Source: the human T2T-CHM13v2.0 reference genome, Homo sapiens
Reading direction: 5' to 3' (one strand)
Length of the DNA: 64,000 nucleotides
Assembly: GCF_009914755.1 (NCBI RefSeq)
Contig: NC_060934.1
Shown: positions 26,030 through 44,571 of the stretch, piece after piece
Position numbering within the stretch: position 1 is the stretch's first letter
Layout: each line of letters begins with the position of its first letter
Notes under the pieces: generated by a model
Databases searched by the model: none
Told to the model about the DNA's origin: nothing
What the model saw: the letters and a program-made list of their open reading frames with translations, nothing else
Translations under genes and position numbers: made by a program

Positions 26030-27885
26030 TATCTTGCAAAATAATTTCCCAAAGAAGACAACATCATGAATGGTATCAGGAGGAGCCATGCAAATCCTCT
26101 CTTGAGTGAAATAAGTATAATTGGTAAAAATTATAAAATGAACAGCCATTTAAAGTCTCTGGGAATATCTAACAAAATCTATTAAAGCTGGGTAAGAACA
26201 GTGAGTGCCTGTGGCACTTGAGCTATGACCTAATCCCTCTCTCCCCTTTTTCAGCTCAGTGTGGTGGAAGTGCCTTTCTGACTGAGCTTGGTCAATAAGA
26301 TGGGTCTCTCCATCCAGTTCCCATGTAGGTGCTACTGTATCTCTCTCGCTGAGGCAGGCTACCAGCATTTCTTATACTTGTTAACTTCCATGTAGCAGAG
26401 GCTAAATTCCAGGTGAATATGGGTAAGAGGTCAGGCGTTCCCTCCCTTTACCCACCTGCTTCTTGTAAAGGCTCTAGCTCAGGTGTAGAAGGCTAAGAAT
26501 ACTGGATTCCTGATTACCCTCACCTGAGCATGTTGGTAAGGTGGTTTTCATGCCTGGGGAGGCAAGAAAAGACAAGAGGCTACTGCCTCCACCCAGCACT
26601 TTGCCCATAAATCAAGGATGTCACTCAAGAGTAGCATGCCACTGTCCCCACCTCACCTCTGGAGAAGTCGCCTAAAATTTTTGCTCAGGAGAAAAATCAG
26701 CCCATAAGAACAGAAAGATCCAATGCTCTCCCCAGGGGAACTGACTTCATTTGGAACAGACTGTAGAAAAGTTCAAGCCTAAGTGCACTGTCAAAAACAA
26801 TGGAGATTTCAGATGTAAGCAATTGAAAGGATGTTGGTAGATCCATGAAACCATCAGTTAAACTCTAGGCCAACTAGTTACTAGGAAAATAAAAAAACAA
26901 CAACAAGAAAAAAGACAGCCAAGAAGAGCCCTCCTGGAGTCAAAACAAATTTCAGTGACTTGCTTCAAAAACTACCCTTATGAGGGGCTCTTACATTATT
27001 AGATGAGACTGTGAAGCTATTTATGCACCATGTCGTTGTCAAAAACAATAGAACAATCAGCCTACAATTTAGTGTACCCCAACAGCTGGGTGTGATACCA
27101 AGAGAGGCAAGCAGTTTAACTTAGAAACCCATAAAGAGACTGCCAGAAAGCTCCACTAAAAGCACTGTAAATCCCAGGGTGACTATCTCCATCCCTAGGC
27201 TGTACCCTCTCAGGAGCAACATCAAAGGTGTCACGCTGCAGGGAGAAATATAATTTATTATATGAGTTCAAGGAAGTGAGTAAACAAATCAACAAGCAAA
27301 CCAACAATGAAAAAGTACCTAAGAAACTATACTAATACAGTTAATATTTTTTAAACTCCATAATGTATAGCTGTTCTCCTTTCTTCTCTTGGCTTCTTCA
27401 TAAGACATAAAGTTATATAAAGTAATAATTACAACAAAGTATAATTGGGAAGAAAAATCAGTATCCAGAGTTGCCACAGTATAGAATTTTAAATATCCAG
27501 TTTTTTACAAAAAATATGAGACATGCAAAGGAAGGGGAAAGAGTAAACTGCACACAAGATCATTAGATGGCAACAGGAACAACTTAAAGAGGACCGAGAT
27601 GTAGGACTTAGCAGACAAAGCTTTCAAAACAGTTATTATAAATAAGTTCTAAGATCTAAAAAATACCATGCTTAAAGAAGTTAAGGAAGGTATGATGACA
27701 ATGTCATAGCAAATACAGAATGTCAATAAGTATAAAGAAGTTTTATTTTTTTAAAGAAGAACAAAATGGAAATGTTTAGTGAAATAGCACAATACAGAAA
27801 TAAAAATTGCACTAGAAGGACTCAGTAGTAGATTTCAATAGTCAGAAGAAACAGCTAACTTGAAGACAGATTGATAAAGAATATG
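26030..27885 (+). mobile_element. Ancient L1M 5' region/ORF1 remnants
   Basis: Degenerate L1M ORF1-like sequence (GACTTAGCAGACAAAGCTTTCAAAACAGTTATTATAAATA...CTAGAAGGACTCAGTAGTAGATTT); boundaries approximate. Confidence 0.55.
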
Positions 27886-29305
27886 CACGATGGTGCGTGC
27901 CTGTAGTCCCAGCTACTTGGGAGGCACCTTAGGTACCAGCTTGGCCCACAGAGATTTAGAGCACCAGGCAGGCTCTTAGGGTCCCCGATTCTGGGCATTG
28001 GCATTTGGATTGCATTTCTGAACCTGCTCTGAGCCAGACAGTAGCCTACCACCCTGAAGGGTGACTCCCAGGCCTAGCAACTTTCACCACAAGCTGACGT
28101 AAGAGCCCTTGGGCTTTAAGTGAACATTGGTGGAAGCCTGACAGTACTCCTTGTGCGACTGTGGTTGTGGTGGCCATGTGGTGAGGCTCCTCTGCCTGTG
28201 GAAAAGGGAGGCAAGAGTAAGAAAGACTTTGTTTCATTGTTTGAGAGCCAGCTCAGCATCAGTACAGTTGAACGCTGTAGGTTTTTAACTCCCATCCCTG
28301 GTTTCTGTATGGCATCTCTGGACCCACCCTGGGCCTGGGGAACTTGACACCCTGAAGGAAAAAACACAAGCCTGTCTGAATTCACCATCTGCTGATTATC
28401 TAGTCCTAGGGTCTTGAGCAAACATAGACAGTAGATAGATAGAGGTTACAGCAAGCCTTGGGCAAGACCCAGTGGTCTGCTGGTTTCAGGTCTGACCCAG
28501 TGCAGTCGCAGTGGTGGTGGTCATAGAGGTGCTTGTGTCACCCCACTCAAGCTCCAAGTGGCTCAGCACAGAAAGATAGACTCTGTTAATTTGGAGAAAA
28601 TAAGGGAAGAGAATGAGCATCTCTACTTGGTATTCCAGAGAATTCTTCTGGATCTTATCCAAGACCACTAAGGTGGTACCTCCATGAATCTGCAAGAACC
28701 ACAGCATTACTGGGCCATGGGTCCCCCCGAATGCAGATACAGCTTAGATCATAACACTCAAGTTCTTTGAATTCCTGGAAATCCTTCCCAAGCAGGGTGG
28801 GTACAAATAAGCCCAGACTGCAAAAACTGCAATAAATACCTAACTCTTCAATACCCAAACACCAATGAGTATCTACAAGCATCAACACTGTCTGGGAAAA
28901 CATGACCTTATCAAAGTGAATAAAGCGGATGGAGCCAAGATGGCCAAACAGGAACAGCTCCGGTGTACACCTCCCAGCGTGAGTGACGGAGAAGACGGGT
29001 GATTTCTGCATTTCCATCTGAGGTACCAGGTTCATCTCACTAGGGAGTGCCAGACAGTGGGTGCAGGACAGTGGGGGCAGCGCACTGTGCATGAGCCAAA
29101 GAAGGGCGACGCATTGCCTCACTCAGGAAGTGCAAGGGGTCAGGGAGTTCCCTTTCCTAGTCAAAGAAAGGGGTGACAGATGGCACCTGGAAAATCGGGT
29201 CACTCCCACCCTAATACTGCACTTTTCTAACAGGCTTAAAAAACGGCACACCAGGAGATTATATCCCGCACATGGCTCAGAGGGTCCTATGCCCACGGAG
29301 TCTCG

Positions 29306-29377
29306 CTAATTGCTAGCACAGCAGTCTGAGATCAAACTGCAAGGTGGCAGTGAGACTGGGAGAGGGGCGCCTGCCAT
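29306..29377 (-). pseudogene. L1 ORF0, truncated to 23 aa
   Basis: MAGAPLPVSLPPCSLISDCCASN followed by a premature TAG at 29308-29306. Confidence 0.75.
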
Positions 29378-29971
29378 TGCCCAGGCTTGATTAGGTAAAC
29401 AAAGCAGCCGGGAAGCTCGAACTGAGTGGAGCCCACCACAGCTCAAGGAGGCCTGCCTGCCTCTGTAGGCTGCACCTCTGGGGGGCAGGGCACAGACGAA
29501 CAAAAAGACAGCAGTAACCTCTGCAGACTTAAATGTCCCTGTCTGACAGCTTTGAAGAGAGTAGCGGTTCTCCCAGCATGCAGCTTGTCATCTGGGAATG
29601 GGCAGACTGCCTCCTCAAGTGGGTCCCTGACACCCGAGCAGCCTAACTGGGAGGCACCCCCCAGTAGGGGCAGACTGACACCTCACACAGCCGGGTACTC
29701 CTCTGAGACCAAAATTCCAGAGGAACGATCAGGGAGCAGCATTTGTAGGTCACCAATATCTGCTGTTCTACAGCCACTGCTGTTCTGCAGCCACCGCTGC
29801 TGATACCCAGGCAAACAGGGTCTGGAGTGGACCTCTAGCAAACTCCAACAGACCTGCAGCTGAGGGTCCTGTCTGTTAGAAGGAAAACTAACAAACAGAA
29901 AGGATATCCACACCAAAAACCCATCTCTACATCACCATCATGAAAGACCAAAAGTAGATACAACCACAAAG

Positions 29972-30987
29972 ATGGGGAAAAAACAGAGCAGAAAAACTGG
30001 AAACTCTAAAAATCAGAGCGTCTCTCCTCCTCCCAAGGAACACAGCTCCTCACCAGCAATGGAACACAGCTGGACAGAGAATGACTTTGATGAGTTGAGA
30101 GAAGAAGGCTTCAGAAGATCAAACTACTCTGAGCTACAGGAGGAAATTCAAACCAATGGCAAAGAAGTTAAAAACTTTGAAAAAAAATTAGACAAATGGA
30201 TAACTAGAATAACCAATGCAGAGAAGTCCTTAAAGGAGCTGATGGAGCTGGAAGCCAAGGCTCGAGAACTATGTGAAGAATGCAGAAGCCTCAGGAGCCG
30301 ATGTGATCAACTGGAAGAAAGGGTATCAGTGATGGAAGACGAAATGAATGAAATGAAGCGAGAAGGGAAGTTTAGAGAAAAAAGAATAAAAAGAAATGAA
30401 CAAAGCCTCCAAGAAATATGGGACTATGTGAAAAGACCAAATCTACGTCTGATTGGTGTACCTGAAAGTGACGGGGAGAATGGAACCAAGTTGGAAAACA
30501 CTCTGCAGGATATTAACCAGGAGAACTTCCCCAATCTAGCAAGGCGGGCCAACATTCAAATTCAGGAAATACAGAGAACGCCACAAAGATACTCCTCGAG
30601 AAGGGCAACTCCAAGACACATAACTGTCAGATTCACCAAAGTTGAAATGAGGAAAAAATGTTAAGGGCAGCCAGAGAGAAAGGTCGGGTTACCCACAAAG
30701 GGAAGCCCATCAGACTAACAGTGGATCTCTTGGCAGAAACTCTACAAGCCAGTAGAGAGTGGGGACCAATATTCAACATTATTAAAGAAAAGAATTTTTA
30801 ACCCAGAATCTCATATCCAGCCAAACTTAGCTTCATAAGTGAAGGAGAAATAAAATACTTTACAGACAAGCAAATGCTGAGAGATTTTGTCACCACCAGG
30901 CCTGCCCTAAAAGAGCTCCTGAAGGAAACGCTAAACATGGAAAGGAACAACCGGTACCAGCCACTGCAAAAACATGCCAAAATGTAA
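29972..30987 (+). pseudogene. L1 ORF1p, frameshifted near 30650
   Basis: MGKKQSRKTGNSKNQS... is open for 230 aa; 1-nt deletion (GAAATGAGGAAAAAATG); native TAA at 30985-30987. Confidence 0.92.
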
Positions 30988-31050
30988 AGACCATCAAGGC
31001 TAGGAAGAAACTGCATCAACTAACAAGCAAAATAACCAGCTAATATCATA

Positions 31051-34836
<3,786 letters not shown>

Positions 34837-37800
34837 ACAATGAGAACACATGGACACAGGAAGGGGAACATCATACTCTAGGTACTATTGTGGGGTGGGG
34901 GTAGTGGGGAGGGATAGCATTAGGAGATATACGTAATGCTAAATGACGAGTTAACGGGTGCAGCACACCAACATGGTACATGTATACATATGTAACAAAC
35001 CTGCACATTGTGCACATGTACCCTAAAACTTAAAGTATAATAATAATAAAATAAAAAAAAAAACAAAGTGAATAAAGCACCAGCGCCCAATTCTGGAGAG
35101 ACAAAGATAGGTGACATTTCAGGCAGAGAATTCAAAACAACCACTTTGAGGAAACTCAAAGAAATTCAGGATAACACAAAGAAGGAATTCAGAATTCTAT
35201 CAGATAAATTTAACAAAGAGATTGAAAAAATTTAAAAGAATCAAGCAGCAATTCTGGAGTTGAAAAATCCAACTGGCATACTTAAGAATGCATCAGAGTC
35301 TTTCAATACCAGAATTAATCATGGAGAAGAAAGAATTAGTGAGCTTGAAGCAGGTTTTTTTGAAAATACACAGAGGAGGAAAAAGAAAAAAGAATTGAAA
35401 ATCACAGAGCTCACCTGCAAGATCTACAAAATAGCCTCAAAAGGGCAAATATACATTACTAGCCTTAAAGAGGAGGTAGAGAAAGAGGTAGGGGTAGAAA
35501 GTTTATTCAAAGAGAATATTCCAAACCTAGAGAAAGATATCAATATCTAAGTACAAGAAAGTTATAGAACACCAAGCAGATTTCACCTAAAGAAGACTAC
35601 CTCAAGGCCTTTAATAACCTAACTCCCAAAAGTCAAGGATAAAGAAAGGATTCTAAAAGCAGCAAGAGAAAAGAAAAAAAGAATATACAACAGAACTCCC
35701 ATATGTCTGGCAATAGACATATAAGCTTTTCAGTGGAAACCTTATATGTGCTGAAGGGAAAAAAAAAAACTTTTACCCTAGAATAGTATACCCAGTGAAA
35801 ATATCCTTCAAACATGAAGGAGAAATAAAGACTTTTCCAGACAAACAAAACTGAAAAACATCATCAACACCAGACCTATCCTACAAAAAATGATAAAGGG
35901 AATATTTTAATCAGAAAGAAAAGGACATTAATGAGCAATAAGAAATCATCTGAAGGTACAAAACTCACGGGTAATAGTAGGTAAATAGAAAAACACAGAA
36001 TATTATAACATCATAACTGGTATGGACTTACAAAAGACCCAGAATAGCCAAAGCTGTTCTAAACAGAAACAACAAAACTGGAGGAATCACATTACCCTAC
36101 TTCAAATTATGCTATAGATTTATAGTAACCAAAACAGCATGGTACTCTCCTAAAAAATATCAGACATATAGACCAGTGGGGGAGAATAGAGAAATATTTC
36201 AATGCATCTACAGTGAACTCATTGTTTACAAAGGTTCCAAGAATGTACATTGAGGAAAGGAAAGTCTCTTCAATAAATGGTGCTGGGAAAACTAGATATT
36301 CATATGCAGGAGAATGAAACTAGATCCCTATATCTCACCATATACAAAATCAAATCACCACGGATTTAAGACTTAAATCTAAGACCTCAAGCAATGAAAC
36401 TACTAGAAGAAAATATTGGGGAAACTCTCCAAGACATTGTACTGGGCAAAGACTTCTTGAGTAATACCCCACAAGCACAGGCAACCAAAGCAAAAATGGA
36501 CAAATGGAATCACATGAAGTTAAAAAAATTTCTGCACAGCAAAGGAAACAATCAACGAAATGAAGATACAACCCACAGAATGGGGGAAAATATTTGCAAA
36601 CTACCCACCTGACAAAGGATTAATAACCAGAATATATAAGGGACTCAACTCTATAGGAAAAAAAATCCAATAATCCCATTAAAAATGGGCAGATAATTTG
36701 AATAGATATTTTTCAAAAGAAGACATACAAATGGCAGATATATTAAAAGGTGCTTAACATAATTGATCATCAGGAAAATACAAATTAAAACTACAATGAG
36801 ATATCATTCGACCCCAGTTAAAATGACTTTTATTCAACAGGCAAGCAAAACAAATGCTGGCAAGGATGTAGAGAAAAGGGGACTCTTGTACACTTTTTGT
36901 TGATATGTGAATTAGCACAGCTACTGTGGAGAACAGTTTGGAGGTTCCTCAAAAAACTAAAAGTACAGCTATCATATGATCCAGCAACCCCACTTGTAAG
37001 CATATACGCAAAAGAAAATAAATCAGCATATTGAAAAGATATCTGCACTCCCATGTTTATTGCAGCACTATTCACAATAGCCAAGACGTGGAAGCAGCCT
37101 AAGCATCTATCAACAGATGAATGGATACAGAAAATGTCATACATATACACAGTGGAGTACTATTCAGCCACAAAAAAGAAGGAGACCCTGTCATTTGCAA
37201 CATGGATGGAGCTGGAGATCATCATGCTAAGTGAAATAAACTAGACACAAAAAGATGAACATTGCATTTTCTTGCCTATCTGTGGGAGCTAAAAATTAAA
37301 ATAATTGAACTCACGGAAATAGAGAGTGAAAGAATGGTTACCAGAGGCTAGGAAGCGTAGTGGATGGATAGGGGGAAGTAGGGATCGTTAATGGGTACAA
37401 AAAAATAGTTAGAATGTATAAGACCTAGTATTTGCTAGCACAACAGGGTGACTATAGTAAAAAAATAATTTAATTGTACATTTTAAAACAATTAAAATAA
37501 TATAATCAGATTTTTTGAAACAGAAAGGATGAATGCTTGAGGTGATGGATATCCCATTTATCCTGATGTGATTATTATACCTTGCATGCCTGTACCAAGA
37601 TATCTCATGTAACCCATAAATATATCTACCTACTATGTATCAAAGACAGTTAAAAAAATTTTTAACTAAGAAATTAACTTCATTTTTATTTATAAATGTA
37701 TTAGCATAAATGGTTTATATTCTTCTTATTATTATTCTTAGATATATCTCTACCTATGCCCATTTTTCATATCTAATATAATTTATTTGTTTCCTCTTTG

Positions 37801-38495
37801 TCATTATTATTTTCCTTTTTACTAATCTTTGACTTTTCAAAGAAACAACTCTTGGCTTTAAAGCTTATGCATTCTATTAGATCTTCATTTTCATAAATTT
37901 CTATGGTTATCTTTAATTATTTCCTTCCTTTTATTTTCTTAATGTTAATTCGTTTGGGTTTCTCTTTTTTTAGTTTTCAAGAGAAATACTGAACTCATCA
38001 ATTGGAGCCATTCTTCATTTCTAATTTAGGTATATATGGCTTTAAATTTCCCTTTAAGTACCAGTTTATCTTCACGTCAAAAATTTTCATGTGTAGAATA
38101 TTCATTAATGTTCAGGTACAAAGATTTTCTAATTTCCCAAATGATTTGTTCTTTTATTTAAAACTACTTCTTTAAAGTTTATTGAGGTTTGCTTGACTGA
38201 TTAGTTACATGGTTGTTTTTTCCTATTTCCTGTGTACTTAAGAATAATGAGTTCTTGAAATGTTGGACGCAGTATTCTATACATGCCAGTTCACTAAACT
38301 TCTTAGTTTTTAAATACATACTGATTTGAAACTGTCTCTAAGTTTATCTAATTTTTTGTCTTATGATTTATCTTACATTGAAATAGAATATTTCATTCAT
38401 TATGGTGGTGTTTAATATTTCGTAGTTGTAAGAGTTACTGTTTTAAAACATATTTTGAGGTCAGATGTCAAGTTATTGGGTGCCTATGAGTTTAG

Positions 38496-38916
<421 letters not shown>

Positions 38917-39079
38917 TTATTATTATTGTTTACATTTCAGACTCCTTCAGGGTCCATAAGTATTTGCTTTTAGTACTCAGATGAGACGTTTTAGAAATCA
39001 GTATCAATTCAGTAATCTCTAACCAGTCAGAAAGTAGCTATAGTTGCCCAACTTCCCCTTGGCTGTCTCTGGAAGTTCC

Positions 39080-39113
39080 ACACTTGATCTTAGCCATGAG
39101 GCCAAGAAGCGAT
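39080..39113 (-). pseudogene. 3'-truncated (tailless) U2 snRNA retrocopy, nt 1-34
   Basis: Reverse complement ATCGCTTCTTGGCCTCATGGCTAAGATCAAGTGT matches the U2 5' end with 3 substitutions; direct repeats GGAAGTTCCA at 39071-39080 and 39114-39123; no poly(A). Confidence 0.9.
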
Positions 39114-39312
39114 GGAAGTTCCATAAACAATGTTTTAACTAATTTTTAATTAAAGTATTTGGTTCACTTATGTTCATTTATACATCTGTTTATATTTACT
39201 TCTACCACCTTAATTGCACTGCTTGTTTGATGCTTCTTTTTAACATTTTTGTGGTTTATTTTGGGTAGATTTTTTGGTTGCATTTTCTCCTGTACTGATT
39301 TGGAAGTTATAA

Positions 39313-39645
<333 letters not shown>

Positions 39646-39666
39646 GATGGTTACTGTTAAATTTTA

Positions 39667-40014
<348 letters not shown>

Positions 40015-41396
40015 TCTCTGATCTTCTGAGCAAGTCATAGAATGTAAAATGTTTAACTCTGATCATCACTCTATATCTACTCCTCTTCTATTGTTAAACT
40101 ATTTTTCCTTAGCTCGTATTTATTGCTTTTCATTTTAAAGTCATTGTTTTCTTATTTACCCATAGGTTTACTAATTTATTTGCTCACTCTTCATTCTGGA
40201 TTTCACACTTTACTTCTAGAATCATTTTCCTTATTTCATTCTAAAAGTTGATTCTCTGAAAAACTAATAAACTAATAAGGTTAATTTTTTTAAAAAAGGA
40301 AAAAGAAAGTCACAAATTACCAATAACAAGAATAATAAAGAGGACATATCTATAGATGCTCCCAATATAGATGATGTTATGAACAACTTTATTCTAAAAG
40401 TTTTGAAAATTTACATGAAATAGACAACTTCTATTCAATGAAGCCACAAAACAGCAAAGATCAAGACAGTAACTTGTATGTAGCCAGAAAGAAGAGAGAA
40501 AACTCAAAAGGAAAGATTATTAGATTGACACTGCCTAAACTAAACTAGAATTATATTTTCTTACTAAATTATCATTTAAGAGGAGATTAAAAAACAAAGA
40601 TATTTCCAGACAAGCAAAAAAACTAAGAGAGTTCATCACAAATATACTCTGCCTAAAGGAAATTGAAAGGAGATTTACATCAGAAAAATGAAAGGTACAA
40701 ATTACCAATAACATAAAAAAGGACAGATGTTTCCAATATTACAAAGATAATAAAAAGATTTTATAAACAGTATTATACTAAAATTTTTGAAAATTTACAT
40801 GAAATAGACAAATCCTAAACCAACACAATTCACAAAAACCAACAGAAAAGGAGAAAGAAAATCTAAATAGTTCTACATCTATTAAGTATACTGAATCTGT
40901 AATGAAAATACTTCTCACAAAGTAATTTCCAAGTACAGACAGCTTCATCAGTGATTTTTTTCCAAAGACTGTGGGCAAAAAATAGCACTAATTTTATATA
41001 AACTCTCTCAGGGAATTGAAAAAGTGGAAACGCTTTTTAGCTCATTATATCAGGCCAGTATAATCTTGATGCCAATGTTTGACGATGAACGAAAAAGCTT
41101 TCCATACACTGAAAAATAACAAGATCCTTTCTAGGACATAGATAGAAAAATTCTCTCAAAACTTAGCAAATCAAATCAAGAGCTATACATATTTTATTAA
41201 TTTGTATGAATACTTTTTAAATGATTTAGTTGTTTACAACAATGTTCCAGTTTTTGGCTTTTGAATATTTCATCATTTTTATAATACCTTTCCCAATCTG
41301 AGATTTTCTTTTCATGTCTAGCATGTTTTCTTTCATTGCTTTTTCTTTTTAATCTTTTCAGTTACTTATTTTTTGCAAAAGGAGTTATATAGGCCT

Positions 41397-41840
41397 TATA
41401 TTAATTTCCTAGGGCCATAACAAAGTACTACAACTGGTCTGAAGGACTTAAAACAGCATAAATGTATTCTCTCACAGTTCTGAAGGTGAGTTCTAAATCT
41501 AGTTAGCAGCAGGGCCATGCTGTCTCTGAGACCCTAGGACAAATCCTTCTTGCCTCTTCCTGGCTTCTGGTGGTGGCCAGCAATCCTTGGTGTTCTTTTG
41601 CTTATAAATGTATCACTCCAATCTCTGCCTCTATCATCACATAGCCAACTTCAATCTCTGTCTGTGTCTTCTCATAAGGACACCAGTCATATTGCATTAT
41701 GGGCCCACTGAGTAAAGTGTGACCTTATCTTTACTAATTACATCTGCAATGACACTATTCCCAAATAAGGCCATATTCTGAGGTAGTGTGAGTTAAAACT
41801 TCAACATATCTTTTTGGGTGACAGAATTTAACCCGTAACA
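41397..41840 (-). mobile_element. MLT1B/C solo LTR
   Basis: TATATTAATTTCCTAGGG...CTCACAGTTCTG...AAGGACACCAGTCATATTG...AATTTAACCCGTAACA; TSD GGCCT/GGCAT. Confidence 0.8.
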
Positions 41841-44571
41841 GGCATAAAGCTGTATCTTTTATACATGACTACTCTATCTTGATATCATTTGAATTACCCA
41901 CCTCTCCTTCACTAGTAAGTAATGCCATCTTTCTCATATGCTAAATGATTCGATATATGGGAAGAATTTCTTGTCTGTCTATTCTATCTCTCTAATCTGT
42001 CAAGTCAAGCATCAGTACTACACAATTTTGATTATTGTCATTTTATAATTTGTCTTTGTTTTCTTCAGTCAACTATATTGAGGTATAGTTTACGTACAAT
42101 GAAATACGCTGATTTTAACTGTGCATTTCATTAATTATGACAAATTTATACAGCCATATAACAACCACCACAATAAAGATATAGAAAATTTCTATGACCC
42201 CCAAATTTCAATCATATCATATCCTAATCAATCTTCTCCTTTCTTGCCTTTCCCCAAGCAATCACATGTCTACTTTCTATCACTATAGAGGTTTTTCTAG
42301 AGTTTCATATAAATGAAATCATACAGTATGTATCTTTTTTGTTTTGATTATTTGGTCAACATAATATTTTTGAAATTTATTCGTATTCTTATATGCATCA
42401 GTCGTTCATTTCTTTTCTTTGTTGTATAGTAGTTCATAGCATAAATACATAATTTGTTTATACATTCACCTGTCAATAAGCTTTGAATTGTTTACAGTTT
42501 AGGGTTATTATGAATAAAGCTGCTGTGAATATCTGGTTTTATACTATGAGTGGAATTGTCTCTTTTTAATAAAAAGTACATCTGTAACTTTACTGGCACT
42601 ACTAAACTGTTTTCCAAAGTGGCATTACCATGAGCAATGTATGGAAGGTTTAGTTGCTACACATCCTCACTGCCCTTGGTATTGTCAGTCTTTTAAAATA
42701 GCCATCGTAGTGTACATGAAGTTGTTTCTCATTGTAGTTTTAATTTACATTTCCATGATGACTAATAATATTGAGTATTTTTTCATTGAATATTTATTTT
42801 AAGCTAATTAATATTTTATTTTTAATTGTTTCATATAATTTTTTACTTCTTAATAGTTTCACATTTTTATATTTCATAATTGTACTTAGGGAGACTATTC
42901 TCTTTTGTAGTTCAGTTTTTTTTTACCCAATCAACTTATTTGATTCTTTTATAATTCATTAGTGTTTTCCAGTTGATTTTCTTGGATTTTTCATAGATAT
43001 AATCATAATGTGCAAATAATAAAAGTTTGCCTCCATTCCAATTTTTAAAGACATCTCACTTTTTAAATTGTCTAATAGCATAAGCTAGACATAATAAACA
43101 AAGCTGAGTTTCTTAAACTTTCTTTCTGGAATCATTATTGGAATGGGAAGAGTTCTGTAGTTCCTTCATTACGTCTAATGCTGATTTTTAAAATACATAT
43201 TGTTTATAATGTTAAGAAAATTACCTACTTTATTGTGATTTTTGATCAAGGTGTTTTTATCAAATCTCTTTCACCATATATAGAAATTACAATATGATTT
43301 TTACCTCAGACATGTTAGTGTGGAGAATTACACTGTAATAATTCCTAATATTGAAATATGTATTTTGTACATATGTTGCAAGTTTTATTTTCATATTTGC
43401 TATATTTGAATTAATATTTGTAAGTGAAATTGGTCTCTAATTTTTTTGCTGTAATTGTCAGGTTTTGTAAACAATGTTTTGAACATTTCATAAAAGAATT
43501 GAAAGCATTATTTTTCTATGCTCTGGAATAGCATTGAAAATACCTGTTTTTAAATTTTGGGTGAAACTCACCCACAAAATTACTAGGCCTAACACATTTT
43601 TTATTAAGGGTGAGTATGCTTCAACAATGGTCTCCATTTTTCCCAGGGCAATAGGTTAATTTCGCTTATCTCTTTTCTAAGCACCAGTTTATATTTTCCT
43701 AAGATTTTCATTTCATCAAAATTTTCAAATGTACTTTTACAGAGTTAAACACACTTCAGATTCATATTATTTGTTTTTATAGTTATTTACCATTTATATT
43801 TTTGTGAACTTGTACTTTCTTCTTTATTTCATTGTTTTTTGTTCTCATAGAATTGCTCTTGTATATGCATTAGTTCTATAACTTTTTGTTGTCTAGTTCA
43901 TTAATGCCTGCTTTAATATTTTTTAGTTTATTTTCTTGTCTAAAGTTGATTTCATTCACTTTCTTTCTGACTTCTTGTGTTGTATGCTGAACTTATTTTA
44001 TTATTTCTTGCTTAAATATATGTATTTAAATACATGAATTTTCCTTTTCACAGTGTTTTATCAGCATTCCATAGATTATAATATCAAGTATTTTATTATT
44101 GTGATTTTCTGAATAATCTCCAATTTTGGCTTTGATTTTTGCTTTGAGATAGTTAATTTCCAGCTAGTAAGTTTATTTTTCTTTCTGATTTTTTTGTTAG
44201 CTACCAATTTTCTTGCACTAAATAATGTGTATTGGTATTTTGCAGAATAGTATGTGGTAGAGTTTTAAGAATGCTTCATGAGAAGGGAACATATTCTGTT
44301 TTCATTATATATATAATTATACATGTATATATAAACACACACATATATACACACATATATGTCCATATAACATATATACATACACACACATGTCCATATA
44401 ACATATATACATACCCAAGTATAAAACTTACATATATAATCTATCTTATTAACAATGCTGAATTTTTCATAGTCTTGCTTATTTTTATTCACTCAATCTT
44501 TCATGGAATAAGAGAGATTAATATCTCCTACTATTAATTGCTTCTAAGTATTTCTCCCCACATTTCATATA

